Positions 41,085-51,009 of a stretch of DNA of 64,000 nt are shown here, piece after piece (position 1 is the first letter of the stretch; each line of letters starts with the position of its first letter). The stretch lies in NCBI GenBank assembly GCA_964525225.1, contig CAZGDX010000001.1, positions 40,654 to 104,653 on the forward strand, written 5' to 3'. Under the pieces are notes generated by a model. It made no database searches and was not told where the DNA came from. It saw nothing but the letters and a program-made list of their open reading frames with translations. The position numbers and the translations under genes were made by a program. The DNA is from an uncultured Gammaproteobacteria bacterium. Lineage in GTDB: Bacteria; Patescibacteriota; Patescibacteriia; DYHP01.

Positions 41085-43439
41085 TTATTTTATTTTTTCC
41101 TCCTTTTCCTCATCTTCCTCATAATACTCTTCGTCCCCGATTTCATCAATGCCGTTGTTTATCGGTTCTATCTCGCCGCGCTCTTCGTAATATTCTTCCT
41201 CGTTATCCGGATTTTCTTCATATTCTTCGTATTTTGATTCGCCTTCAGGGTGTTCGTGTTCCGGATGTCCCGCCGACGGCTTGCCAAATCCCAAAATTTC
41301 CCGCGGTTTTGCGCCGTCGCTCGGACCAATGAGCCCTTGTTTTTCCATAATATCCAAAAGCCGGGCCGCTCTTGAATAGCCAACCTTGAGCCGGCGTTGC
41401 AGCAGAGAAGCGGATGCTTTGCCCGCTTGAATTATTACATCTTTCGCGCCTTCAAGCAACGGATCGTCATCTTCGTCAAAACCCGATGCGTTCCGCGCTC
41501 CGAATACCGTCGGTCCGAGCCCCAAACTTGAAACATTTATTTTTTCGGTCACTTCTTCAACATATTCTGGGGTTTCATTTTCGGATTTTATAAAATTGGC
41601 AATACGGATCAATTCTTCATCGGAAATAAACGCTCCTTGCAGACGTTTCGGTTTTGAAAGTTCGGATGACGTAAAAAGCATGTCGCCGCGGCCCAGCAAT
41701 TTTTCCGCTCCGCTGGTATCCAAGATGGTGCGCGAATCAATCATTGAACCGACGGCAAAAGCAATGCGCGATGTGATATTGGCTTTGATGAGCCCGGTAA
41801 TGACGTCAACCGAAGGACGTTGCGTGGCAATCACTAGATGAATGCCGACGGCGCGCGCCATTTGCGCGAGGCGGACAACACACCCTTCAACTTCTGAAGC
41901 GGCCGCGACCATCAAATCCGCCAGTTCGTCTATTACCACGACAAGATATGGCATTTTTTCGCCGGTTTCTTTGTTAAATGCGGTAATATCCCTTTTTTTA
42001 TATCTTGAAAGAAGTTCTAGACGCCTGTCCATTTCCAAGATTGTCCATTTTAAAGCGTTTACTATTTTCGGAACCTGTGTAACCACCGGAGTGATAAGGT
42101 GCGGAATGCCGTTGAATACCGGGAGTTCCACCCGTTTTGGGTCAATTAAAATAAATTTTAAATTATCCGGAGAATTTTGATAAAGAAGACAGGTGATAAT
42201 GGTTAGAAGGCAGATTGTTTTTCCGGAACCGGTGGTGCCGGCCACAAGAAGATGAGGCATTTTTCCAAGGTCGGCGGTCCAGATTTTTCCAGCAACATCT
42301 TTTCCGAGCCCGATTGAGAGATCGGTTTTTCTTTGTTTGTATTCAGGGGATTCCAAAATTTCGCGCATTCTTACTGTGGCAATGGTGTGATTCGGAACTT
42401 CAACTCCGACAAGAGATTTTCCCGGAATTGGCGCTTCAATGCGGATTGGATGCGCGGCAAGCGCGAGCGCCAAGTCGTTTGAAAGGGAAGTGATGCGGGA
42501 AAGTTTAATGCCTTCAGCCGGAGCAAGGGTGTATTGCGCCACTGTCGGACCAACGGAAATCGGACCCATTTCCACTGGAATTCCAAAATTTTCCAAGGTC
42601 TTTTTGATTTTTTCGCTGTTCATTTTTATATCGCCGGCAGACGGTTTGGTGACGGTGTTGCTCAAAAGACCGAGCGGAATATCTATTTTTTTTCTCGCAT
42701 CCGACGCTTTTCTGACCAGTGGCATTTTAATCGGAGAGCCGGAAATATTGTCTGCTGGCACGCGGTCGCCGGCGACTTCAACGGTTTTGAATCCGGAATT
42801 TTCATTTTTTAGGTATTCCGCGTTTGGTTCCGCGGGCATGGCTTCCAATTTTTTGAACCTTAAACTGTTAAAAATGTTTTGCGCCCCGGCAAACGCGGAA
42901 AAGATTGATGAAAACGGCGCGAATAGTCCTTTAAGGTCTGTGTTAAAAGATAAAATTACGGAAATTATAAAAATTGACGCGAGAGTGATTATTGTCGCGA
43001 CTAATCCGAAAGCCGATGAAAGCGGAGCGGCAAGAATCATTCCCGCATATCCTCCTCCTTGCTCCAGGTTTTCAAAAATCGCGTTCCGCGAAGCAATTAA
43101 ATGGATTAATCCGTTCGTGCTTAAAATCAGGAGAGCGAATCCCACCCAATTTTTTATGGTTAAGGAAAATTTTTCCGGATAAAGAAGAGTGAATCCGATA
43201 AATAAAAATGATATCGGAAGTATCAGCCGGTCTATGCCAAAAATGGCGCGCAGGGCATTGTCCAGATATTCGCCGGCATATCCGGCAAAATTAAAATAGC
43301 TTAAAAACGAAATAGCCGAAGCGGCAAAAAGAAAAACAATCAAAATTTCTTTTTGGGTCTGCGGCCGCAAATCCATATTGATGTTTTTAAGGTCAAGTTG
43401 CGTCTGTTTTTTTCGCGGTTGCCTTGCGTCCTGCCTCAT
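41085..43439 (-). CDS. ftsK: DNA translocase FtsK/SpoIIIE
   Basis: N-terminal TM domain, PHLLVAGTTGSGKT, IDELADLM, ATQRPSVDV and gamma domain SLLQRRLKVGYSRAAR. Confidence 0.97.
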   Translation of the reverse strand: MRQDARQPRKKQTQLDLKNINMDLRPQTQKEILIVFLFAASAISFLSYFNFAGYAGEYLDNALRAIFGIDRLILPISFLFIGFTLLYPEKFSLTIKNWVGFALLILSTNGLIHLIASRNAIFENLEQGGGYAGMILAAPLSSAFGLVATIITLASIFIISVILSFNTDLKGLFAPFSSIFSAFAGAQNIFNSLRFKKLEAMPAEPNAEYLKNENSGFKTVEVAGDRVPADNISGSPIKMPLVRKASDARKKIDIPLGLLSNTVTKPSAGDIKMNSEKIKKTLENFGIPVEMGPISVGPTVAQYTLAPAEGIKLSRITSLSNDLALALAAHPIRIEAPIPGKSLVGVEVPNHTIATVRMREILESPEYKQRKTDLSIGLGKDVAGKIWTADLGKMPHLLVAGTTGSGKTICLLTIITCLLYQNSPDNLKFILIDPKRVELPVFNGIPHLITPVVTQVPKIVNALKWTILEMDRRLELLSRYKKRDITAFNKETGEKMPYLVVVIDELADLMVAAASEVEGCVVRLAQMARAVGIHLVIATQRPSVDVITGLIKANITSRIAFAVGSMIDSRTILDTSGAEKLLGRGDMLFTSSELSKPKRLQGAFISDEELIRIANFIKSENETPEYVEEVTEKINVSSLGLGPTVFGARNASGFDEDDDPLLEGAKDVIIQAGKASASLLQRRLKVGYSRAARLLDIMEKQGLIGPSDGAKPREILGFGKPSAGHPEHEHPEGESKYEEYEENPDNEEEYYEERGEIEPINNGIDEIGDEEYYEEDEEKEEKIK

Positions 43440-43547
43440 ATTGCAAGAAAATGAATATTATAATAAGGTTATTTATAACCATATTATATCAAATTATATA
43501 ATAAGGCGCAAAATAGTCCTTTAAAATTTAAAAAAGAGGAGTGAGCA

Positions 43548-44678
43548 ATGTCTGAACACGACATGAAACACGACCACAAGAGATTTAAAGATGTTATTAG
43601 GGGAAAGATTAGAAAAAATCTTAAAAAGTATGTTGCCCGCGGAGAAAATATTGTCAGACGGTATAAAGATAATGATGGTAATGTTCGCGAGAAGATTTTG
43701 GCGCCGATGCCTTGGATTGATATGCCAAGATTTACTTGGGACGATAAGCAACGCGGAGGTGTTGGACAGGGAGATGGCAAAGAAGGAGACCCGCTTTCCG
43801 GCAAAGAAGGTGAAGATTATGGAGATGCCGGCGAGCATGCCGGCGAGCACTTGATTGAGGAATTTACAATGGAGGATTTTGTGGATTTAATAGCCGAAGA
43901 TTTGGAATTGCCCGACCTCACAGAAACCGCAAAGAAATTTATCGTGGATGTAAAAAATGTTTATCGCGGGATTCAGCGCCATGGTCCGAAAGGGCTGATG
44001 CATAAAAAACGGACGCTTAAAAGAGCGTTGGCGCGGCAAATGTCTTCTGGAAATTATGACCCGCAAAATCCGATTTTGATTCCCGAACCGCCGGACCATC
44101 GTTACAAAGGTCCAAAGCCGAAAATTGTTGAAAGTATCCGGGCGGTTGTTTTTTTAATGAAAGATTGCTCCGGGAGTATGGGCGCGGAGCAGAATGAAAT
44201 GCTTAGAAATCTTGATTTTTGGATTCTTCGGTGGATTATGCGAAATTATAAAAAAACAGATACGAGATTTATTATTCACGATACCGACGCCAAAGAAGTT
44301 GATGAAGATATTTTTTTTAAGATGTCATCTAACGGTGGCACGCAAATTTCGTCCGCTCTCCGGCTGGCTCTAAAAATTATTGACGAGGAATATCCGCCCG
44401 AAGATTGGAATATTTATATGTTATACGGTTCGGACGGGGATAATTTTGATTCCGACAATCACGGTTGCGTTAATCTTTTGCGTAGCAGAATTCTTCCGGA
44501 TACCGTTAGAATGTTCGGCTACACGCAAGTGAAAAGTCCGTATTCAAGCAATAGGTTTAAAAATATTCTGGAAGGAAATTTTACTCCAAAAATGCGAGAA
44601 AAAATAAGGATTGCCAAAATGAATAGCATTGATGACACAATGAAAGCCATGAAAAAACTGTTTGGAAAGAAAAAGTAA
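43548..44678 (+). CDS. DUF444 (YeaH/YhbH) family vWA-like protein
   Basis: DHKRFKDVIRGKIR, GVGQGDG, LMKDCSGSMG, GGTQISSA, YPPEDWNIY, SDGDNFDSDN. Confidence 0.88.
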   Translation: MSEHDMKHDHKRFKDVIRGKIRKNLKKYVARGENIVRRYKDNDGNVREKILAPMPWIDMPRFTWDDKQRGGVGQGDGKEGDPLSGKEGEDYGDAGEHAGEHLIEEFTMEDFVDLIAEDLELPDLTETAKKFIVDVKNVYRGIQRHGPKGLMHKKRTLKRALARQMSSGNYDPQNPILIPEPPDHRYKGPKPKIVESIRAVVFLMKDCSGSMGAEQNEMLRNLDFWILRWIMRNYKKTDTRFIIHDTDAKEVDEDIFFKMSSNGGTQISSALRLALKIIDEEYPPEDWNIYMLYGSDGDNFDSDNHGCVNLLRSRILPDTVRMFGYTQVKSPYSSNRFKNILEGNFTPKMREKIRIAKMNSIDDTMKAMKKLFGKKK

Positions 44679-44694
44679 AAGATAAGCTCCGTTT

Positions 44695-45831
44695 TTACGC
44701 GGAGCTTTTTATTATTTCCAGAGTTTCTTCAGCTGTTTTTCGCCAATTGAATTTTTTTATTCGTTCAAATCCGCGTTGTATCATTTCATTTCTCACGGCG
44801 CTGTCTTTAATGAGTACATTTATTGCGCAGGCGAGGTTGTTGGCGTCATAGGGATTTATCAAAATGCCGGCATTGCCGATTGTTTCGGTTAAAGATGAGG
44901 AAACGGAAGAAATTATTGGGACGCCTTGTGCCATGGCTTCAAGCGGGGGAAAACCAAAACCTTCATAAAAAGACGGAAAGACAAAAATTTTGGCAAGCTT
45001 GTAAAGCGCCGGACGGTCTTCGGTATCCGCGTAATCAAGTATTTTAATATTTCTGGTTTCACTGCTTTTTTCCACAACTTCAAAAAAAGAGTCGGATTTA
45101 TATCCCAGCGCTCCGACAATTATTAATTGTAGGGGACGAAAATTTTCGTCCTCTACGTTTTTTAAAATCTCAAAAGCTCTTATCAACGTCTCTAAATTTT
45201 TTCTCGGTTCAATATTTCCAAGATACAAAATAAAATTGTCCGGCAGATTGTATTTTTCTTTAACTCTTCTCAAATCGTATTCTTGCGCTTCGGTTGTTTT
45301 GATTCCCGAGTAAATTGTTTTTATTTTTTCAGACCGAATTTTGTAAATTTTTTCCAAATCGCGGGCGGTATTTTTAGAAACCGCGATTACCTTATCCGCT
45401 TCACCGCAGATTTTTTTAAGATTAGCCAGTTTGTGCCACAAACGGCTTTTGGGAGAAAAAAATTCGGGATAAATTTCAAAAGACAAATCGTGGATAACAA
45501 CTATTTTTTTGCAGTTCTTCGATAGAGAAATAAAATTAGTGTTCGGTATCAAAAATGTATCTAGTCGTTCTTTTATTAGCCAATCTATTTTTGGAAAACC
45601 AAAAAATTTCAAACCGAAGTTTAAAATTTTGTTGGGAATTTTAAAACCGAAAAATTTAGCGTTCGGAAAATTCCAGGATGGGAGTGAAACGTTTTTCCAA
45701 GAATTATAAAAAAGAAAATACTGGTTTTCTTTATCAATCTTCAAAAGATTTTCCACCAGATTCTCGGTGTATTCCGCCACGCCGGATTTTTTTTCATCGC
45801 AAAGGCATCTTACGTCTATTCCAATTTTCAT
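44695..45831 (-). CDS. Glycosyltransferase family 4 (GT-B)
   Basis: MKIGID, IHDLSF, EPRKN, FPSFYEGFGFPPLEAM. Confidence 0.92.
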   Translation of the reverse strand: MKIGIDVRCLCDEKKSGVAEYTENLVENLLKIDKENQYFLFYNSWKNVSLPSWNFPNAKFFGFKIPNKILNFGLKFFGFPKIDWLIKERLDTFLIPNTNFISLSKNCKKIVVIHDLSFEIYPEFFSPKSRLWHKLANLKKICGEADKVIAVSKNTARDLEKIYKIRSEKIKTIYSGIKTTEAQEYDLRRVKEKYNLPDNFILYLGNIEPRKNLETLIRAFEILKNVEDENFRPLQLIIVGALGYKSDSFFEVVEKSSETRNIKILDYADTEDRPALYKLAKIFVFPSFYEGFGFPPLEAMAQGVPIISSVSSSLTETIGNAGILINPYDANNLACAINVLIKDSAVRNEMIQRGFERIKKFNWRKTAEETLEIIKSSA

Positions 45832-46067
45832 ATCATCCGTTGCCACTGAGTATCACGCCGTAGTCGGTGTCGGGTATCACTCCGTTTGTCTGCTGTGTGC
45901 GGCGAAGTCCAAGGAGGGATACTCGACACCCCGAAGTCAAAATACTCGGTGGCCCAAAGGTTTATTACGCCTAAACTTTACCAAAATAAGCCACTATTGA
46001 CAAACTTGTTAAAGGTGTTATAGTTCAAAGTTGTAATGGTTCATTTAAAAAAAGAGGAGGGCGGATA

Positions 46068-46571
46068 ATGGCTGCCGGAAAAAAGAAAGTCAAGGTATTC
46101 CCCGTTTGGAAAACCATCAAGCTTGGCGTAAATAGAACAAAAGAAGGCTATAGGCGAGCTTTAAAAGATGCTGGTTGCGCAATGTCTAATTTTTTAACGT
46201 GTTGTATTCTTGATATAAATACGGTCTTTTCAGATGTTGAATTAGAGGTTGATCTTGTCAGAGTTTCTGTCGGCGATCTGGACTTGAAGAACGGAACGGC
46301 TGTTCACGAAGTGTGTGAACAGGCATTGAAGTTTGGGCTTGAATTTTGTCCTTTGGAGGCTATTTTTGCTCTTCGCCTGCAGTATCCTGATCAGCCGGAA
46401 GGTGAGTGGCTTCTTGTTGTGACAGACCATGGTAATGAAAATCTTATCACAACAGGTGATGTGATAAAAACCAATGGTGTTAATTTCGTCGGTGCCAAAT
46501 ACACCAATCGCTTCTTTTACACTCTTGATGAAAAACATCGTCTGGTATTTGTCCGTCCCAAACCAGCCTGA
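46068..46571 (+). CDS. Diverged paralog of the 29621-30196 DGR-type target
   Basis: WKTIKLG, DLVRVSVGDL, GLEFCPLEAIFALRLQYPDQPEGEWL, RLVFVRP; shares downstream hairpins with the paralog. Confidence 0.72.
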   Translation: MAAGKKKVKVFPVWKTIKLGVNRTKEGYRRALKDAGCAMSNFLTCCILDINTVFSDVELEVDLVRVSVGDLDLKNGTAVHEVCEQALKFGLEFCPLEAIFALRLQYPDQPEGEWLLVVTDHGNENLITTGDVIKTNGVNFVGAKYTNRFFYTLDEKHRLVFVRPKPA

Positions 46572-46660
46572 TTTTATTTCCAAAACTCTCGGATTTTTCC
46601 GAGAGTTTTTTTAAAAAATAATTATACTATTTATTCACGGTCGTGAAAGATAGTATAATT

Positions 46661-47764
46661 TTATAGTGAGTTGTGCGCGTGCCAGTTGTTTTCAACAAAG
46701 TTTTTTATCTTTGTTTTAAATATTTCCGAATCGTACTGAAGCGCATGGGCGCGGATTTTGGTTGGCGAATATTTTTCCGGATTGAATTTTAAAATTGAAT
46801 GCGCCAGACATTCCCAGGTTTGTTCTTCAAAAAATTCTCCCGTCTCGCCGGGAATTATCGTTTCAACGGCTCCGCCTTTTCCGAACGCGATTACCGGTCT
46901 GCCGGATGCCATTGCCTCAAGAGCGGTAATGCCAAAGTCCTCTTCTTGAGGATGTATGAAAGCGATACATTTTTTGTAAAGTTCCGTTTTTTCAACGTCG
47001 GAAATTTTTCCAAGGAATTCTATATTTTTTTTGGCGGTTTCTTTTAAATTTTTAAGTTCCGGACCGATGCCGAAAATTTTCAAAGGAAGTCCGAGCCGTG
47101 AAAAAACTTTTATCGCGATGTCAAAACGTTTGTATGGCACAAGACGTCCTCCCGCAAGATAATAATTGTCCGGCCGAATGGTGGCAATGGAGAATTTGCG
47201 CGCTTCCACGGGCGGGTTTATCACTTCCGAAACGCGCCCGAAATATTTTTTTATTCTTTTGCCGACAGTTTTTGAGTTGGCAATTATTTTTTCCGGACGT
47301 GTCGCGCCCGCTCTGTCCCAAACGCGCATCCGCGGGAGAAAAAACGGCAGAACGCTTTTTACAAAAAAATTTTTGTTAAGTTCATTTACGTAATTTATGG
47401 CTTCTGTCCAAAGAAACCGCGCCGGCGTGTGGCAGTAGCATATATGCAAGGTCTCCGGTCTGGTAATTACATTTTTTGAAAACGCGCTGGAACTTGAAAG
47501 CACAACGTCAAAATTCGATAAATCCAGTCGTTCAACCGCTGCCGGCATAAAAGGCAAAAGCCACTGATAATGTCTTACGCCAAACGGAATTTTTTGCAGA
47601 AAAGAAGTGTGAATTTTTCCATTTTTGAAGTAATCGGGCGCGCGTTTTTTATCGTGCGCCAGAGTAAATACTGGGGCGTCCGGCCAAATTTCTCGGAAAA
47701 CGCAAAGTACCCGTTCGGCCCCCCCATCTTGTATAAGAAAATCATGGACAAGCGCAATTTTCAT
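46661..47764 (-). CDS. Glycosyltransferase family 4 (GT-B)
   Basis: MKIALVHDFL..GGAERVL, YCHTPAR, EEDFGITALEAMASG. Confidence 0.92.
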   Translation of the reverse strand: MKIALVHDFLIQDGGAERVLCVFREIWPDAPVFTLAHDKKRAPDYFKNGKIHTSFLQKIPFGVRHYQWLLPFMPAAVERLDLSNFDVVLSSSSAFSKNVITRPETLHICYCHTPARFLWTEAINYVNELNKNFFVKSVLPFFLPRMRVWDRAGATRPEKIIANSKTVGKRIKKYFGRVSEVINPPVEARKFSIATIRPDNYYLAGGRLVPYKRFDIAIKVFSRLGLPLKIFGIGPELKNLKETAKKNIEFLGKISDVEKTELYKKCIAFIHPQEEDFGITALEAMASGRPVIAFGKGGAVETIIPGETGEFFEEQTWECLAHSILKFNPEKYSPTKIRAHALQYDSEIFKTKIKNFVENNWHAHNSL

Positions 47765-47774
47765 ATTTGGAATT

Positions 47775-49184
47775 TTAATACGCTCCTTTTTTTGTTATTA
47801 TCGCAATTGGTGTTTTTAACAGTATATACAAATCCATCTTTGGCGACCAGTTTTCAATATAGAAAATGTCAAGACGCGCTTCGTCGTCAAATTCTAGATT
47901 GGAACGTCCGGAAATTTGCGCGAGTCCGGTAATGCCGGGTTTGATTTCAAAAATTTTTTGATGATGGCGCGCGTATTTTTCCACTTCTCTCGGCTGGTGC
48001 GGGCGCGGGCCGACCAAACTCATATTTCCAATTAAACAGTTAAAGAATTGCGGAAGTTCATCCATGCTCCACTGGCGTAAAAAACGCCCGAATCCTGTAA
48101 CGCGCGGGTCATCTTTTATTTTATAAACCGGACCTTCTTTAATGCCTTTTTCGGTAATCAGCTGTTGTTCAAGAGCCATCGCTTCTTCTTGATTTCCGAA
48201 TTGTTTTCCCACGGATACTTCTTTTTTCATTGTTCGGAATTTAAAAGCGTCAAATTTTTTTCCGCGTTCGCCGACGCGTTCATTTTTGAAAATTACCGGC
48301 AAGCCGGTTTCCAGCAAAATTCCAATAGTCGCGAAAATCAAAAGGGGAGAGAAAATGATGATTAAAAACAGCGCGCCCAAAATATCAAAAGCCCTTTTGA
48401 AAATTTTCCCCCATCCTTCAAGAGATGTTTTTTTGATTTCTACGAACGGAATTCCGGCAATGGCGTGAACTTCAATTTTGGCGCTGCCACTGGCAAAAAT
48501 ATCCGCCGAATATTTTATGGATATATGATGCGTGATGGAAAAATCCAAAATTCGTTCAAGTTCTTCGCGGGAAATTTTTGGGTCGGTTATTATGATTTCA
48601 TCAATTCTCATTTTGTCGATTTCTTCTTCCGCGGACAGGTCAAAGCGTGGAAAGGCGCGCAGAATATTTATTCCGGCCGAAGAATCTTTTTTGAATTCCT
48701 CAATGATTATTTCCGCTTCTTTGTTCCCGCCGACAACCACAATATTTTTTCGTATTATGCCTTTTTTCGCCAGCATTTTATAAATTTGTTGGAAAACCTG
48801 TCGTTCCAATCCGGCAAAAGAAAAACTTAAAAACCATACGGCAATGATAATAAACCGCGAAGCAAAAAATTCCCGGCGGAAAAAGAGAATCAAAATAGTA
48901 AGCGCGATGGCTGCCGACGAAGCGAAAAATATCTTTATGATTTCTTCAAATACCGGGCGTCTTTCTTTTTTATATAGGCCGGAAAGAGTGAAGAAAAACA
49001 CGATTACAAAAGAAAAGCTGAAGGAAATTAAAAGATAGTTTGGAAATGTAATAATTTCGGTGGCCGGACGCCACTCGGTTAAAGCGCTGAAACGTAAATA
49101 ATATGCCGCGAGGGTCGCCAAAAAGACCGCGGCAAAATCCAGCGGGAGTTTAAGGAATAGAAGTATGAGCTCTATTCTTTTCAT
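47775..49184 (-). CDS. Polyprenyl glycosylphosphotransferase (initiating sugar transferase)
   Basis: KRAFDI, KFRTM, DDPRVT, DELPQFFN, MSLVGPRP, KPGITGLAQISGR. Confidence 0.93.
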   Translation of the reverse strand: MKRIELILLFLKLPLDFAAVFLATLAAYYLRFSALTEWRPATEIITFPNYLLISFSFSFVIVFFFTLSGLYKKERRPVFEEIIKIFFASSAAIALTILILFFRREFFASRFIIIAVWFLSFSFAGLERQVFQQIYKMLAKKGIIRKNIVVVGGNKEAEIIIEEFKKDSSAGINILRAFPRFDLSAEEEIDKMRIDEIIITDPKISREELERILDFSITHHISIKYSADIFASGSAKIEVHAIAGIPFVEIKKTSLEGWGKIFKRAFDILGALFLIIIFSPLLIFATIGILLETGLPVIFKNERVGERGKKFDAFKFRTMKKEVSVGKQFGNQEEAMALEQQLITEKGIKEGPVYKIKDDPRVTGFGRFLRQWSMDELPQFFNCLIGNMSLVGPRPHQPREVEKYARHHQKIFEIKPGITGLAQISGRSNLEFDDEARLDIFYIENWSPKMDLYILLKTPIAIITKKGAY

Positions 49185-49212
49185 GCCTCTACCTTACCAA
49201 AAAGAACCAATC

Positions 49213-49241
49213 TTGACAATTAGCTTAAAATGTGCTACAAT
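49213..49241 (+). promoter_or_regulatory. Sigma70 promoter of rnpB
   Basis: TTGACA-17 bp-TACAAT with TG extension. Confidence 0.8.
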
Positions 49242-49247
49242 ACATCT

Positions 49248-49950
49248 GTTCCTTGAAATAAGAAAACCGGATAGCTGCCCCACACCTTTTGGCTTTTATT
49301 ATTTAAGTTTCGTCTATGTTCTATGTTTATATCTTAAAAAGCATGCAAAGGCCCTAGTCCAATTAAAGAGAAGAATAAGATGGTCGCTAGATGAAAGCTA
49401 AAAGGTGTGGGGAGGAAAGTCCGAACACCATTCTTCGCAGCAATGCGGGGCTTAGAGGTAGTCGCTAACGGCGACGGGGAGTAAATAATTTTGTTTTATC
49501 GCGGATTTGCGTTTATAGCGCAAACAAGCGAATGCAGTTTTAAGAAGCCCACGGATAGTGTCTTGAAAAAGGTTTGTTTTTCTTGTAGTAATATAAGAAA
49601 GATAAGCAACAGAAAATATACCGCCGAATTCCCGATTTTTCGGGAATGGCAAGGTTGAAATCGTGAGGTAAGAGCTCACGCGTAACCGCAGCGATGCGGC
49701 ATGTGGCAAACACCTACCCGGTGCAAGGTTTAAAAACCGCTTGAGCTTTATAGAAATATAAAGCCCAGAGAAATAGCTATCCACCCCTCACACGGAAAGC
49801 GATTGTGTGCAACGCTTGATATTATTGGCGATATTTTAAAATGTCACTTAGAAATATTAAATGTTCAAATTATTGCATACTTTCGTTTTTTCGCTTTCCG
49901 TGTGAAGGGGGACAGAATTCGGCTTATAGGTTATCTTATATTTAAGGAAC
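49248..49950 (+). ncRNA. rnpB: RNase P RNA, expanded to ~700 nt
   Basis: GAGGAAAGTCC (49412), CAACAGAAAA..ACCGCC, GGTAAGAGC, GGTGCAAGG and ACAGAATTCGGCTTA (49912); 5' and 3' ends pair; terminator at 49951-49982. Confidence 0.9.
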
Positions 49951-50138
49951 AAAAATACGCTTGAGTACTCAAGCGTATTTTTGTTTGAACACCAACTGTG
50001 TACAATTCCAATTGACACAAGTCCAAAAAAATGGTATAATATATGTGTAAGCTCGAAAAGGGTTTACTAAAACAAAAAAATAGAAATGCCCCAATTTAAT
50101 CCGCGTATAGGCGTGGAACATCTGTGGCAAAAACAAAA

Positions 50139-50462
50139 ATGAACGAAGAAATAACGAATTTTAATAATCTTGATACCGCCCCGATTTTTGAAGCGGAAAA
50201 TACGGCGCCGCAAAGCGTCCCGGAAGCTGTTTTAAAAGACAGTTTTTTTGTTTTTTTAAAACCGAATTGTTATTACGAAGACGGCGCGGTGCAGACGGAT
50301 TTCGTGGCATATAATATTCCGATGGAGAATTTGAATTTAAGTTCGGAACTAATCCACAAATTAAATGTCTGCCCAACTTCCTTAATGAAGGACTTCCAGA
50401 CCCTTGAATCGCAGGCGTATGATATCAAATCTCTGGCAGAACATGGTATAATGGAATCATAA
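50139..50462 (+). CDS. Hypothetical protein
   Basis: Open frame behind a TTGACA..TATAAT promoter; start uncertain; no recognisable motif. Confidence 0.45.
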   Translation: MNEEITNFNNLDTAPIFEAENTAPQSVPEAVLKDSFFVFLKPNCYYEDGAVQTDFVAYNIPMENLNLSSELIHKLNVCPTSLMKDFQTLESQAYDIKSLAEHGIMES

Positions 50463-50536
50463 ATCAATTTAAGATTTCAAATTTCAAATTTCAAATTTAA
50501 TTTTGCAATTTGCAATCTGAAATTTGCATTTAGCAT

Positions 50537-50863
50537 ATGGACACAAAACAAATTCAAAAAGAAATTAAGAAAGGTTTAAATTCAAAGAATTTCATCGCGG
50601 CGCTATCTTATCTTTGGATTCTTTGTCTCGTTCCGTTAATTCTTAAAAGAAACGACAAGCTCGCGCAATTTCACGGCAAGCAAGGTTTGCTTTTGGCGGT
50701 GCTTTGGTTTTTTGGCGGTTTGATTTTTTGGATACCAGTAATCGGCTGGCTTGCGGCATTGACTCTCGCGATTGCGTCGGTCGTTGGATTTTTTAAAGCG
50801 TTGCAAGGTGAAATGTGGGAAATGCCGGTAATCGGCCAATACGCTAAAAAAATTGATTTATAA
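50537..50863 (+). CDS. DUF4870-like membrane protein
   Basis: AALSYLWILCLVPL..FHGKQGL..MPVIGQYA. Confidence 0.8.
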   Translation: MDTKQIQKEIKKGLNSKNFIAALSYLWILCLVPLILKRNDKLAQFHGKQGLLLAVLWFFGGLIFWIPVIGWLAALTLAIASVVGFFKALQGEMWEMPVIGQYAKKIDL

Positions 50864-51009
50864 TTTATGCCCAGTAATACAACCCAGTATAAAAAGCTAA
50901 TGCTTTTATACTGGACTTCATTCACTACTGTTCACTCCGCTTCCAGAAATCTTGAAGCGAAGCCCGGTAGTTAACCGAAGGTTATTACTACTGGGTTGAT
51001 ATACTGGGT

